This document shows, piece after piece, positions 42,135 to 56,715 of a stretch of DNA of 64,000 nucleotides. The stretch is taken from positions 1,798,001-1,862,000 of the forward strand of contig OX597821.1 in the NCBI GenBank assembly GCA_951406725.2, read 5' to 3'. The position numbers were made by a program, and so were the translations under genes. Position 1 is the stretch's first letter. The number at the start of each line of letters is the position of its first letter. The DNA comes from Octopus vulgaris (taxonomy: Eukaryota). The notes under the pieces were generated by a model. The model was not told the origin of the DNA and did no database searches. It saw only the letters and a list, made by a program, of their open reading frames with translations.

Positions 42135-42640
42135 GTGGGAAATACACAAAAAAACAAAAGACGAAGACAGGTGGTGTAGACAACAAACAGATGTATTTGT
42201 TTAACGCTCGGGAAGTGGAAAAAGTTTTAACATTTCGAGCCTACGCTCTTCCACGGAAAGGAACACAGAAAGAAACAAGGAGAGAAAATAAAAATGTGTA
42301 GTGGCTAGCACTCTATCATGGCGAATGCTGGACAGAGGGGACACGCAGGAGAGCTAGGAAGAAGGGGATATAACAAAGTAGAGGTGATCCCAAAAACGAA
42401 GGTGCGTGTGCGTCTGTATAAGAAAGTATGTATGAGCGTATGGAAGAGGACTGGTGACCTCGACGTGTGCGTGTATGAATGTGTCGGTGTGTGGATGATG
42501 GTGTGGGTGCTGGGAAGTGGTCAGTGCTAGTGTGTGCGTGGTGGTGTGAGGTCAGGTGGTGTTTTATGGTAATGTGGTGGTGTGGTGTGGTGGTGTGGTG
42601 GTCTTGGGATGTGGGGGAGGCGAGAGTGGGGTGTAAGTTA
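42135..42640 (-). mobile_element. Penelope-like insert with variant hammerhead (42226-42259)
   Basis: Homologous to 24990-25190; ttt CCGTGGA A gagc-gtag-gctc GAAAT GTT aaa. Confidence 0.55.
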
Positions 42641-42679
42641 TATTTATATCTATATCTATTTAGCCATTTATAATTAGAC

Positions 42680-43860
42680 CCGACAGAAGTAAATAGACCC
42701 TACATAAACCATCGTTTTATGTTTATTCTATCTAGATTCATATTTATTATTCATAGACATTTTTATATGTTAGATTTTATATGTGACACTTTAATCAAGC
42801 TATGTACAAAAGAAAACTTGGAATTGTCTGAATTTCAAAGACGCCGTATTGTGGGTCATAGCGAAGGTGGACATAATGAGCGTATAATTGCAGAAAACCT
42901 TGGGAACCCGTTTTCTACACCAGAGAGGGGAAGAAGTCCACATCATCCCCTACAGATCAACCAGGGCCATCTGACAGGACTCTTCTCTTTGCTAAGAGAA
43001 GTGTGGAGGATAATACTCGTTGCAAGGCATCTGACGAAATAGAACAAGTTGATCTCAGTCCCAGATCATCTACTAACCACAAATTTGGTTAGTATTTGCA
43101 GGGAAGCAAGAAGGAAGCCACTTCTTCGAAGAGCCTACATCAAGCGGAGAAAAGATTAGACCAGTGAGATAGTGGGGAGGCCACTAGCATTTTGGGATAC
43201 TGCCAAATTCTCTGATGAGTCCAGATTTGCTGTATTTCCTGACAATGGTTGAGTGTGGGTCTGGAGACTGCGATCAAGAATTTGACGTGAAAATATTGCA
43301 GCAACAATGAAAACGGCAGCTATTTTGTGATGGTCTGGTTAGCAATTTGGAGCAATGGTTGATCAGAGCTGGTGGAGTGTGAGGGAAACATAAACTTAGA
43401 TAAATATGTGTCCATATTGCAGAAAGGACTCCTTCCAATCTTCTCCAGTGGTGAAACGATTAAAGAAAACTCTTAATTTATGGAAGATAGGTCTCCTTGT
43501 CACACGGCTTGTCACAATGACCCAAGGTTTGTTGGATGAGAGTAGCATTAAAAGTTACCAGATATGGACCCTATTGAACACCTCTGGGACATGATGGACG
43601 GGACACTTCATAAAAAGAACAAGAAAGCCTCTTCAAATTCAGATCTTTTTTTTTTAGATTACTGCGTAAAACTTCCGCAAGAGAATATTCGTCATCTGAT
43701 CACTAACATGCCTAACAGCGTCCTTGCATTGAAAAATCCAAAGGGCATGTCTACTAAATATTAAACATTCACATTATAACAATTGATAAATAATTTGAAT
43801 GCGTAATTTCAGGTTTAAATAAATCTTAATAATTATAAAGGTATCTATTTACTTCTGTCA
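42680..43860 (+). mobile_element. Degraded Tc1-family transposon
   Basis: ELSEFQRRRIVG (paired-like N-terminus), FSDESRF, VMVW.AI, DPIEHLWD, LITNMPNSVLAL..PKGMSTKY; many frameshifts. Confidence 0.9.
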
Positions 43861-43897
43861 TAATGTGTGTATACATAATACATACATACATAATACA

Positions 43898-43998
<101 letters not shown>

Positions 43999-44689
43999 CA
44001 AAAACTATTTAAAACTGGGTTACAAAAGTGGTCTGCAATCATGCTAAACTCATTCTCGCGACATAACTTATAAAATCTATAGATTTTAAAAACCTATACA
44101 TTGATATAAAAGTATATGCGTGAAATGTTTCGCTTTCGTTAAAGTGTATAACTTTTAAATAGTAAATGCATCTCCTTCAATCTTGTCTAGCTCAATTATT
44201 AACTCTGGAAGTATTGGAAGATTTGGGATTGATTTCGGAAAATCTTGGAAAAATAAATAGTTTATACAGACTTAATTGGGACTTGCTCATTTTGAACTTC
44301 TAAAAAACATAATATCGCTGAAGGGAATCGTTAGGTTTATTTGGATAATTATTTGAATTCCACTTCTGTATATAGTGCTTATCTATAGGAACCTACTGAC
44401 ATACAGACACTCGCATATATGTTCATGAATGTACAAACGTATGTACGTACGTATGTATGTATGTATGTATGTATGTATGTATGTATGTATGTATGTATGT
44501 ATGTATGTATGTATGTATGTATGTATGTATGTATGTATGTATGTATGTATGTATGTATGTGTGTATGTATGTATGTATGAATGTATGTATATATGTATGT
44601 ATGTATGTGTGTATGCCGTTATTCAGTTTTATTTTAAGATTTAATAGAGAAAGAGCCGGTTTGATTATTTGTTTTGTATGAATTTAAGA

Positions 44690-45720
44690 TTCGAGACCTC
44701 TCACCAAATTACATTCCAATGTCTGTAGATAACTGAATAATGAGGTCCAATTGTCTTTGTATATGGTTGACCCAAATTGGGTTCAGAATGTCGACAAAGA
44801 AAAGATTGGAGGTACTTCTAGATCCATTCCTTTGGCCACTCTGTTTTGTGAGCATGTACGATAGCGTGTTTAATGGGAGGAGAAAGGACACTGAAAGGTT
44901 ATCACAGGCTGAGAGATGCCTTGTTGGTAGAGAAGACTATCTGAATCTGGTTGCTCCTAATGACTTAAGGAGCAGAGTGGTAAGCACAGTCTTGGTTCAA
45001 TAGCATTCACTACCGGCTGTGGGACTTAGGCTAACTGTAAAACCTTGATATTCTAACCAGATGACAAGTCATCAAAGGCCTATTCGTAATCCAACCACAC
45101 AAACTTTAAGTTCCTGTGATGTTTTTAATATTTTTTCTCTGTAAATTTTGCTTGGTTAGGTGTTATAATGTGGTGGCACAAGGATCTTGCAGTAAAAGGG
45201 TTACGTACTCAGTGTATGATTTGTACATGATGTTCCGGCAGTCTACTGGGCGGTAATTTTTAACAATGCTGGTTTGGCTGTTCTTGGCGATAAGGAGAGA
45301 AGTTCCAGTTCATAACCAGAGGGGTAGTTCTTCTGCGCCCTTGAAAATTTCCCCATACAGTCGTATAAGATGGCACCGATTAAAGGTGAAATTCTTCAGC
45401 CTGTAGAGATCTGGGCCAAGGAATTTCATGTTTAACATTTTCTGCAGAACCGGTTTCATAATTTCGATGTATGTCCCATATTGCTTTTGCTGGACATGCT
45501 GGCAGTAGTTCTGCTCCAGTTGTTTTAGCCATGTGACTTATTTGTAGGTATATATGTCTCTTCTATTTTTTATTAGTATAAATCTTCCACTGAAGAGGGA
45601 GCCTGTTTCCAACAAAGATACAAGCCTCCATCTTTGGGATGTAGTTAAATCTTTTGAATTAACATAAACATCTATCTACATGATAACAAAATGACAGCTT
45701 CCAAATCCTGTTTCCTGACT
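44690..45720 (-). mobile_element. Degraded R4/Dong-like non-LTR reverse transcriptase
   Basis: Cross-frame motifs NYRPVDCRNIMYK, RNLKFVWLDYE*AFD, YQQGISQ, LPLNTLSYML, SNLFFVD, QLSTDIGM*FG. Confidence 0.7.
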
Positions 45721-45957
45721 GGGCCAACGCGCATGTGGATAGTCGAAATAAATAAATTGACAAAATCCTTTCCATTTACATCTATTTACGCGAGAGTTCT
45801 GGGCAAAATGTTGTAGTGCATGACCATCCATGGGACATAAGTGATGTGTGTGTAAAGTTTGGAGAAAATCGTTTGAGAATTGTTGAACTGTATGCGCTAG
45901 TCATTATACGCACACACATACTGTGATTTATATATACTATATATATATATACAGAGG

Positions 45958-46020
<63 letters not shown>

Positions 46021-46079
46021 ATTGCCATACTATGCTAAATGTATACCCACCCAAGAAATACCTGTGCTATGATTTACTT

Positions 46080-48330
46080 TCAGAGAAAATCTCTTCTTAG
46101 ACATGTGTTAAAAACACAAACGATGCAGAAACGAAACGAACATCGTCACAGCAGTGAAACATGGTGATGTTGAATATGTGAGGAAGAGTGAAAAAATCCT
46201 GCACTGATGCTGCTGAATGATTGCCGGGCTGCAAAATACTCGGTGAATGCAGTTGAAGCAATATTGCATTGAAATAGCTATCTGTGTGCCATTTATGTAT
46301 GCATTTACGTGTGTTTGTAACTCTAGTAGTCGCATCAGTTTTCAGAGATACCTCACTGGGTCACTTTGTACTCTGTTGTATTGTCTCCTCAATGGCTATA
46401 ACAGGTAGGACATCGGCGCCGTTCAAGCGTTAGCTGCAGTATCAATGTTGAGATATCAAAATTTATAAAAAATAACTTGTACAGCAAGTAAATTTTATCG
46501 GTGGTGTTTCGTTTATAGCAGCTGGATCATCATTCATGCTATGTCGCACGTTCGGATGCCTTCTCTGCTCTAGTCTACTGCTTTCAGTAACTCTTCCATT
46601 TCGGTACTATTCGAAACCTCGTCGCCACTGCTGTGTCGCAATACTACACAAGTGGTTGTGTGAGCTACGAAATCCTCGTCACCACTGTTATGTCGGACAT
46701 TCGGATGCCTTCTACTCAACTCTCACCGCTCCTCTGCTACTCTACTGCGACTGCTACTCAGCTGTGCTTCTCCCTCTATATCTACCTATTGGGCTTGCCT
46801 ACTTCCTCGTCTGGGGGCGTCCACACTACAATTCACGACATGATGTTGGAGGAGCTCATTCAAAGAACGTTTCCATAGATTATACATAACATTTAAGTAT
46901 GCTCTATGACTGTAATATATTTCCCCTGCTTCCTAGGTACGTGTTTTGTCCGTATAACTGGCGCACGAATTTCACCATCCACTGATAATTTTTTAAAAGG
47001 GATCAGGAAGGAGAGTTTCATCATACATTTAGGGGAGACTTTTGCACGGTAGTCACTCTGTAGCTCGTATAAAAATACTCCATCACTGATAAGATGCTTA
47101 TTTACATTCCGAATCCCAAAACCAATTTACGCTGCATCACCCTGTAGAGGAATATTTATTAATGTGATTCTATGACCTGTCACGCTGCGATATTCAATTT
47201 GTGGATTTAAAATGTTTTTAGAGTCAATAAACCTACAGTATTATAATTTCGTACCATAACAATGCTTTATATTTACCTGTGAGAATACAGCATCCACATC
47301 TGACAGCGGCAGTCACCGTAGGTGTTGATAGTTTATATAATATAACAACAAACAAACAAAAAAATCTCATAGCTGGTGGCTGGTGAATTCATTATTCTGT
47401 TTCAATCTAATGGTAGGAACCAATTATCCGTTGATGGTGATCCATTTTAGTTATGTGTTATCAATTCCATCGATCTCGGTAACTCTCATCTGTAGCGAAT
47501 GATAGATGCAACACAATACAATAAGATATTTGATCCTTTAAAACCTGGAGCTGCAATTTGCGTTAAGTGTTATTTCGCTAGTTGATCGATAAGGGATAAC
47601 ATCAATCCAGTTGGCTTTCTATCGACTCGTCACAGAATTGCTCATTCATCTAGAGCCTTCTTAATGCAAATATTGATATTCACCCGAAATCATGCTGAGA
47701 ATATGTTCGAATTCTTTACATCCTTTACTCATTTCTGTTTGTTCGTGAGCGCTAAGTGTCGGTTCGTGTAATGGCGGCTAACCTACTTCTGTATTTTGAT
47801 TTTCCTTTTTCCTTTCGATGGCTGTTGATAGGTTTTAGCAAATTTCTCGAGAGAAGAATCTACGGGACTATTGTTATTGATACTGTTACAATGTTTATAG
47901 ATGGCTTATTTTGCTAGTTAAAGAAGTCTCCCTCTTCTCAACCAAGGCAGCTTCATTAAACACTTTCTCTCCGCTGAAATATAAAACGACAGGATATTTT
48001 ACATCCCCATGGAGTTTTAGTCACTTCATGTATCGGATCGAATTAAAGGATCTTTCAGAGCGTTTTTGTAGAACAAATACACGTCTCCATTAATTGAAAT
48101 GCCTTTGGAGAGCTAAACCTAAAACCTATAATACTATAACCAACTCTATGTTATTTCACATTGTAATATTGTTTGAATATTACTGTTGCCACGCTCTTTT
48201 CTCTATATGGGACCTATTTGCGTTTATCCAAAAACGATAGGCAGTATTTTTTTGTAGTAGGCTTGTATCGATCACAAGCGTTTTCGGTAGTTTCTACGAC
48301 ACGAAAGTTTGAATAGTTTCCGATGCGTAT
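46080..48330 (-). mobile_element. Possible highly decayed Polinton/Maverick relic
   Basis: Faint cross-frame similarity to pPolB, minor capsid and adenain protease in collinear order (see findings). Confidence 0.3.
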
Positions 48331-48499
48331 GTATGTAATTATGGAAGAGTGCATGCAACTATGTGGCTATGTAGCTGTCGTTCACATGCATTCGGACACA
48401 TAAAAAGACGCACGCACGCATACACGCGAGAACACATGCACAGGCGCACATGAACTTACGTATACCGGTGCCTATTTGTAAACATATATATGTATGTAC

Positions 48500-48825
48500 G
48501 TGAAAGCGCGTGGCTTAGTGGTTAAGGGCATTCGGCTCATAATCGTAAAGTCGCGAGTTCAGTTCCCGGTGGCGCGTTGTGTCCTTGAGCAAGACACTTT
48601 ATTTTACGTTGCTCCAGTCCACTCAGCTGGCAAAAATGAGTAGTACCTGTATTTCAAAGGGCCAGTCTTGTCACACACTGTGTTACGCTGACTCTCCCCG
48701 AGAACTACGTTAAGGGTACACGTGTCTGTGGAGTGCTCACCCACTTGCACGTTAATTTCACGAGCAAGTTGTTCCGTTGATCGTATCAGCTGGGACCCTC
48801 GTCGTCTCAACCGACCGAGTGCTCC
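48500..48825 (+). mobile_element. tRNA-derived CORE-like SINE
   Basis: A box TGGCTTAGTGG, B-box-like GAGTTCAGTTCC, then ttgtgtccttgagcaagacactt. Confidence 0.85.
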
Positions 48826-48884
48826 TATATGAATGTACACACACAAAAAAGCGCCCCCCAAATATGTTTGTATGCATATATACA

Positions 48885-49176
48885 TGTATGTTTATTTATA
48901 ACGGACTCTCCCGCCGTTAGACGACGTATGAGGGTTCGGCAAGACATTGCCGAGCAATAATCAAGTATGTGTGTACATATAAGCTCTCTCCCTTCTATCA
49001 AATCGACATTACCTGTACAGGTGCACAGTGTGCCACATGTCAGTTGACTTAATGATTGCAATGCAACCTGAAACGAGATGCGTTGCTTAAGAACACGACG
49101 CAGCGCCCGGTCTGGGAATCGAACCCACGATCGAAAAATCGTGAGTGCAACATGCTAGCCACTAAAACATGCGCCT

Positions 49177-49180
<4 letters not shown>
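48885..49180 (-). mobile_element. tRNA-derived SINE
   Basis: Minus strand B box GGTTCGATTCC; body shared with 63925-64000. Confidence 0.7.
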
Positions 49181-49240
<60 letters not shown>

Positions 49241-50309
49241 ACACACAAACACAGACACTTATACATAAACACAGGAAAACTGGTACTTTACACACGGGGC
49301 CTCGTGCAATATCTGTTCCACACCGCAATATCCAGTCCCTTTTCAGTAACCGTCAAAAGTGCACCGAATTAATTATTTCTCCGCGTAGAACCTCAAACCA
49401 AAGTGGTCACTCTTAAGCCACTGACAGAATATAAAGAAGAGAAGACAATTATCTCGTTAGTGCTTCTGCATAATTTTGGGAGTGAAGCGTATACCCAGGT
49501 AAATAGATATTTTAGGACTCTGTTACAAGGTGAGAATACAGATATTTGTTCTAAAGCTGCAAGCAAACACATCTCTTTTCGTTTCCATTATTAAGCGGTA
49601 AACCGATTGCAGATATTACTACGCATGCGTAGAAAATATCATTTTGTTTTCCATTTATCAAGAGAAATGTAGTCTAATACCATAGGTTTAATGCATGCGA
49701 ACAATACGGAAAGCATAAATAAGCGTATTAATAAGAACAATAGCCTTCAGCAAATATCTGAGATGATCATATTAAAAGCGATGATAGCAAAACGGTGCCA
49801 AGTTATGAAGTTGTTCACGAGCCAATTTTGTGCTGTTTTCTGTAATTGCTTTTGACCTGTATTGTGATAAGAGAAATTAGCTACATCAATATCATAATTA
49901 CGTTATAGCATTTTTGGCGATAATTTTTACAGTAGGTTTACTATAAAATATGTATTTTATGGAATGTTGGAATCGATTAGTAACTAAGGTGGAAAACTTC
50001 ACGGTTGAGATAACTATTTCAATCTTTGGTTGTTATTTAGATATCGTTTTGATCGCATATTCGAGGTGTATTTATATTAATGTAATGTTTGGATTGAATA
50101 AATTCGATAATATTCAAATGATGGATTATATGTTATATCGGTACATTAATCACGTTCGTATTTTAGCGATCAAGATTTCAGGTATTGTTTTGTATGATAT
50201 GTATTACAAACTGATACGCTTAATGTAATACAGCCGAACATAACCTGATATTATACACACACACACTAACACACACACATACACACACAAATGTATGTAT
50301 ATGTATGTG

Positions 50310-50346
<37 letters not shown>

Positions 50347-50394
50347 TCTTTTACTTGTTTCGGTCATTTGACTGCGGCCATGATGGAGCACCAC

Positions 50395-50442
<48 letters not shown>

Positions 50443-50493
50443 GTATATACACACAAACACACATGTATTTGCATGTATATATATTTATGTATA

Positions 50494-50539
<46 letters not shown>

Positions 50540-50637
50540 CATATATATACATGAGTATGTACGTATTTGTGCGAATGGGTGTGTATGTATGTATATATAT
50601 ATGTGTGTGTGTGTGTATGTGCGAGTGTGCATGTGTA

Positions 50638-50693
<56 letters not shown>

Positions 50694-50779
50694 TCTGTGT
50701 GACTGCGTGGTATACAGTTGTTTTTCAAGGACATTAACCAGTGAAGTCATGGAGATCTAGCCAGAAAATGAAATATTAA

Positions 50780-51600
50780 CTTGCCGTGAAATCAAAGTTA
50801 CCTCTAATAAATATTATCGATTTCTAACACACGTATTGTTCTTCGATATCATTTGGTAATGGACAGCTAGATTTGGATTTCGTCAATTCACCAATATCGA
50901 ACGCACGTCCATGCTTGAATAAGCAGGCGACTGTGCTACTCTCTCTCTCTCATACACACTGGAATATCCAGGAAGCCGCCAACAACTTTACTAGTTCATG
51001 CAATCGGCTGGGATTCTCAGTGACTATCAAGAAAATTAAACTCTTTGCCAGACCTACTCTGTAGTAGAGCTTCCAGAATTTCAATAGCATCATATCTTCT
51101 AATGCATGTTTGGAATAAGATGATAGCTTCCCATTCTTTTAAGCATTTTTTCCAACTGATGTACTTCTATAAATGATATTGAATAGAGGAATGGATTAAA
51201 AAGAAGGAAGATGGGTCTTCAAGAGCGAAATATCTAACCCTCTATCTTGACGCTTCAAAATCATTTTGCGTTTGTAAAACATGAGTTCTTTATCGTCGAG
51301 TCCTCAAAAATTGGGATCGTTTCCCCAGTAAAAAAAAAAAATCACCACACAATATTTAATATCAAATAGCTGGAATACATAAGCAACATAGCTATTCTAC
51401 AAAAAGGCAGCGGTTAGAAATTAAAGTTAAACAGGACGAAACATCACCGAAGTTAGATAAGACAGGTAAAGCATTCAGTTTCCACCATTACAAAGGCCTG
51501 CGAAAACCAACCATAATTACGGCTGAGAATGAGTCAAATCCTGGGACCTGAAGTTTAGATTCTCTAAGCGATGCTATGACCAACCGTTTCTTTTTTAATT
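50780..51600 (+). mobile_element. Degraded RTE-clade LINE RT fragment
   Basis: AGDCA..SHTHWNIQEAANNFTSSCNRLGFSVTIKKIKLFARP resembles RTE FADDCAL..LQ..F..FGL.IS.KKT..QP. Confidence 0.55.
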
Positions 51601-52030
51601 AATAGAAAAAGAAAATTAAGTAAACATAAAGAATATTAAGTTTACAAGAACAGCCAAACACGAAGCATGCACTTCCTTGATATCTTTTTACCGCCCTATT
51701 TCATTGGACGACTGGCCGTCAAAAGAGAGGAACTGCTGAATCAGGAGAAAAGTAAAATTCACGGACACAGAAAACAGCCGAAGACAAAATCACAAATTAT
51801 TTTGGGTTCTAATATAATCCCTTTATAGTGAACACCCAATATTTGACTGGTATTATACTTTATAAACCACGAAATATGGAAGGAAAAGTCATTCTAAAAT
51901 GGCTTTGGAATTCAAAAAATGTCGAGGGCTATATCTAAATATAATAAACCCTTTCTTCCGACACTTTGAAGGGTTTGCCAAGTCTGCCAATCTACCGCCA
52001 TATTCTGCATAAATATATAAAAAAGTAAAT

Positions 52031-52430
52031 AGATTTCTTTATTGGCCACGGAGGGCTGAACACAGAAGGGCCAAAATACAAAGTAGAGCTTTTCTGTTGG
52101 GGAAGAAGAAAAAGAAAACCAAAAAGGTGGGAAGCGAATTCCGATCAAAAGGGATCGTGGCCAAAAAAAGTTGAGCTGATCAATAAGGATCGTGTATCAC
52201 AGAAATGTCAATGTAAAAAGGGAAAACAGATTAAGTTTGTCCGTAGATAGAAAAGCCTACGGAAAAGACCACGGGAACCTTGGCCAATAGTGTCATGCAA
52301 AAAGAAAACACATTACAGTAAGTGGCTCTCTTTTTTCCTTTCGTCTTTTTTCCTTTTGGTTCATAGGATTATGCTCAAGCTGGCTCCGTCATTCACATGT
52401 GCCATCCTTGCTACATTCAAATAAACGCTA
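52031..52430 (-). mobile_element. Older 3' fragment of the Tx1/L1-like LINE family
   Basis: ORF2 end LNVARMAHVNDGASLSIIL* and a 3' UTR homologous to 61595-61975. Confidence 0.85.
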
Positions 52431-52949
52431 CGTATGTCCCTATGGCGTATAGAGATTATAAATCTCTGCAAATCTCTTCAGTAGTGCTTCGTTCTTTTCT
52501 TCTAAATCCATCAGGTGTGGATCTTTTATGACGTATTACTTTTAGATCTGGGATTGCACTGTTATTTTATAAGACACATATAACTTTGACTGCATCGGCA
52601 ACAAGCCTGTGACTTGTTAATCCGGACTCTCCAATGGTCTAGTCCTCATATACCGATACTACAACGGCCTCTACTGCTCAGAGGTTGCACCTCACGTATC
52701 TGCCTACAAATTTTACTGCTATAAATCTTCAACTTCGGAAGTGAGTGCATAGATCGCCGTCGTGACACACAGCAAGCCTTGGAGCTTTAAAACCCGCAGA
52801 ATCCATTACGTTTCCAATTGATTTCAGCCAACTTTATTCAGAGAAGAATGGCGAGAGAATAGAAAATAAAAAAAAGAACAATCGACTCGACTACTTGCTT
52901 GGTACTTTATCGATAAATAAAGTACTCAGTAATGGGTAATGTCGGCGGA

Positions 52950-53930
52950 ATATTGAAAATTGGAACGAATAGCAACAGAAATTCTATTCCACACGCAAAC
53001 GCCACATTACAATTCGTCAGTTATATTCCACACCGAGTTACATGTAAACTTCAAATGAATTCCACTTGGCATTGAAGCCTATTTATCATTAATCAACCCA
53101 TTATGAATTTCTTCGAATGAGGTTCACATTAATCCCAGTTCTCAACCCTTCTTTTTTCTCCTCAATGTCAAATCAGTGCAATTTCGTCGGCGACCATGTT
53201 TCTTGTACTGTCAACTATAAGCAGTCGTTCAATCTAAAAATATCTCACTTGAAACTGACCAACCTTGGAGGATCTCCAGCACACGTTATAAATATATTCT
53301 GTCACCACTGACGATAAACCAGCCATTCTACTTCTTTCCTATATCCAAGCAAATCAAAATTCGTAATCCCTCTTTTGCCCCTCCAAAGTCACCCTTGTGC
53401 AATTCCGTCGGCACCACAGTTTTTCGTATAGTCGACCGCTTACTGCTGTTCACTCTAAACAGCACTTCCAGAAAATTTGGAGTATCTCCAGCGAGGGTTA
53501 TAGACATTTTCCATTCCTTACGACAAACACCACAGAAGGGAAAATACAAATTTATTACCAGCAATTTAGTACATATTCAATTCCATTACTAATATTCAAT
53601 GGCGAATAAACCATCCTCCTTACAACATACTCACACATTAAAGATTCCTTGTTGCACAAAGACAAATAAATAATCTTTTATCACTAAAATTATCGATATG
53701 TGATTTACTCCGTATAATTCTAAAGCACGGCAAGGTCCTTCTGTTCAGGAAATCAATTCGTGCAAACTGTTAAACATTCAACTTTGCTAGCACAACTGTG
53801 TAAGTATATGGTTGTCATACTTAGCACTTTATTTTATGTTCGATGAAATTTCTGAACAATTATGTGAAAAATGATATAGTCATCTAACTTTCTGGCATTT
53901 AAATTATATTTATTTGCAGTCCTCCTACAT
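52950..53930 (-). mobile_element. Degraded Penelope-like RT fragment
   Basis: CKEDGLFAI (YRDDGL-like) followed by ITLAGDTPNFLEVLF (thumb xFLDV-like). Confidence 0.45.
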
Positions 53931-53934
53931 ATTG

Positions 53935-53971
<37 letters not shown>

Positions 53972-54228
53972 TAACGGAACAGAGAAGTAGATGTATAGGA
54001 TGCATAGCTACATACACAACCACATAAACCTAGGCCACTCATATATCCAAGCAGGCAAATATATTCATTCACAAGCAAAAAAGGTACGTGCACATATGTA
54101 TTTTGGAGTGTGCGTTTGTGTTGCTCCTTGCTGGCGTACGCATCTGTGTATATGTGTGTTTGTATTTGCGTTTATATGTATATATAATAGGACAATATAT
54201 TTCTGTTTCGCTTGCATACGCTATATAC

Positions 54229-54263
<35 letters not shown>

Positions 54264-54445
54264 TGTATGTATGTATGTATGTATGTATGTGTGTGTGTGT
54301 TTGTGTGTACAAATAGATATATACTTCTATATGGACATTATTATATTATCTTTATATATATATATATACATTATTTATATATAAGGAAATGGATATATAC
54401 TTAGATACACAGTGTTCACGTATATAAAGTCATGTTACTACTTAA

Positions 54446-54548
<103 letters not shown>

Positions 54549-55379
54549 TACATTTTGTACAAGTATACACATATCTTCGTATTAGCAGATAATATCAGCC
54601 CACAATATAACAGATAAATTTATGCTGTGACCAATCAAACACTACACAATTGTAAAAGCCCATCTCTTGTTTGGAACTACATAATCTTATAAATCTGCCA
54701 AGGTGATACAAGAAATCGATGATATATCTATCTCTGCAACTGTATAAAATGACAAGGTGTATACGAAAGAATAGTCATTCAGAGAATGTTCGTAGCATAT
54801 ACATTAGTGTAAGATGTGTATGAGTTTTCCCCCCTTGGTAATTTGAGGGTTAAATTGTCAAACTTCTTCGGTTGCGTTACGAATCATAAAATGAAAGAGG
54901 TATGTTGGAAACTGTCAAAGAAGAATAAACTGAAAGTGAAGAATTAATATAACATGTATATAAAAAAAGCAAAATAGCAAAAGAATGGAATGTTCCATTA
55001 AACTGTCGCTGGGCAACCACATGAATGAATAAATAAATAGCTGAATATAGAAATAAAAATATTAGGTTCTGCATTATTGTTCAGGTGGCAAGTTATTATT
55101 TTCGGGATTAAGAAAGACAAAAATTCCATACTTCTCACTTCAGCACTAGCTACTGGATGCTTAGCCTTATCTGCCTTCTTATAGGCATTGAGGTCAGGCT
55201 CGTAGTCAAAGGTTAGCAAATCTACTGACTTGCGCTTTCTTTCCTGTCTCAAAGTTGAACTATTGAGAAATGTGAGCGTATCTCTATGTATATACAAAGT
55301 ATTGCCAAAATGTATAAACACTTCAACAGCTGATAACTTACTCAATTTTTCATTTCATTTTAGATTTAACCTACGAGAA

Positions 55380-55578
55380 ATAATGGTTTCAAATTTGCCA
55401 CAAGGGCAGCAGAGTTAGGGGAGAGGATAAGTCGATTACATGGACCCCAGTGTTCAACTGATGCTTACTTTATCGACCCTAAAATGATAAAATGATAAAA
55501 GTCGACCTCGGCGGAATTTGAACTCAGAACATAGTGGCATTTCATCCGGCGCGCTAACGACTCAGCCAACTCGTCACC

Positions 55579-55615
<37 letters not shown>

Positions 55616-55855
55616 CAACAACAACAATAATAATAATAACCTTTTCTACTCTAGGCACAAGGCCCGAAATTTTGGGGGAGGTGGTCAGTCGATTAGATCG
55701 ATTCCAGTACACAACTGGTACTTAATTTATCGATGCCCGGAAAGGACGAAAACAAACTCGACCTTGGCGGTATTTGAACTCAGAGCCGAGTGACAGGCGA
55801 AATACTGTTAAGCATTTCGTCCGGCGCGCTAACGACTCAGCTAGCTCGGTGCTCT
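55380..55855 (-). mobile_element. Two SINE family B copies separated by (AAT)n
   Basis: gtcgacctcggcggaatttgaactcag...cggcgcgctaacgactcagc occurs twice. Confidence 0.8.
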
Positions 55856-55856
55856 A

Positions 55857-55919
<63 letters not shown>

Positions 55920-56419
55920 GAAGTGTTATCATGTACATTGTTTTGTCTTGGTATAAAAGATGGGCTACAGCAAATATTCTGCTCAATACCACAGATTTGC
56001 TTGTCAGTTGCTTGACCTTAACCAGTTGAGCATGTCCCTTAGTGGCTGACGATATGTGCATTTCTGATCACGAGTAGAAGTAGTGGGGGAGCATCATAGC
56101 CATGTGTTGAGAGGGATTCTTTGGGGTTTGAATAGTTCACCTCTGGAAACATGGGTGGTTCTTTCAACATCCTTAAACAACCCTTATTCAGGGATCGTTT
56201 GAGCGGGATGGGCTACTCAACCTGAAGAAAATTCTATCTGGGCCCCACCTGCAAGGTCATGTGCTGTTTATCTTGATATGAGATCACCATGTCGCGCACA
56301 TATGGTTGTGATGCATGTGCCTGGTATACCTTTATCAGACGGGTAGTCATGATGGGTATATTGGGCTTCGTATATATTACCCCAGTGTCACTTTGATGGC
56401 ATGAACTGCTCTCTCACTC
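55920..56419. mobile_element. 500-bp non-coding element flanked on both sides by pure (AAT)n
   Basis: Sharp boundaries with (AAT)n at 55857-55918 and 56420-56500. Confidence 0.6.
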
Positions 56420-56500
<81 letters not shown>

Positions 56501-56715
56501 CCTTTCTATTGGAAGCACAAGGCCTCAACTTTTGGGGAAAGGATTAAGTCGATTACATCGACACCAGTGCGTGACTGGTACTTATTCAATCGACCTCGAA
56601 AGGATGAAAGGCAAAGTCGACCCTTGTGGCGTTTGACCTCAGAACGTAGCGGCTGACGAAATACCGGTAAGCATTTCGCCGAACGTGCTAACGATTCTGC
56701 CAGCTCGCCGCCTGC
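56501..56715 (-). mobile_element. SINE family B
   Basis: Full head (ggcgagctggcagaatcgttagc) and body on the minus strand. Confidence 0.85.

Noticed and set aside
48505-48575. tRNA-like sequences (also 1720, 14005, 34325, 49105)
   Set aside because: A/B boxes run into repeat bodies without a proper cloverleaf; they are SINE heads, not tRNA genes
49617-49632. Palindrome ctacgcatgcgtag as a regulatory site or Polinton terminus
   Set aside because: Single short motif with no supporting context
54998-55345. 115-aa minus-strand ORF
   Set aside because: Only a faint RTE-like hint (LSAVEVFIHFGNTL); insufficient to call a gene or an element
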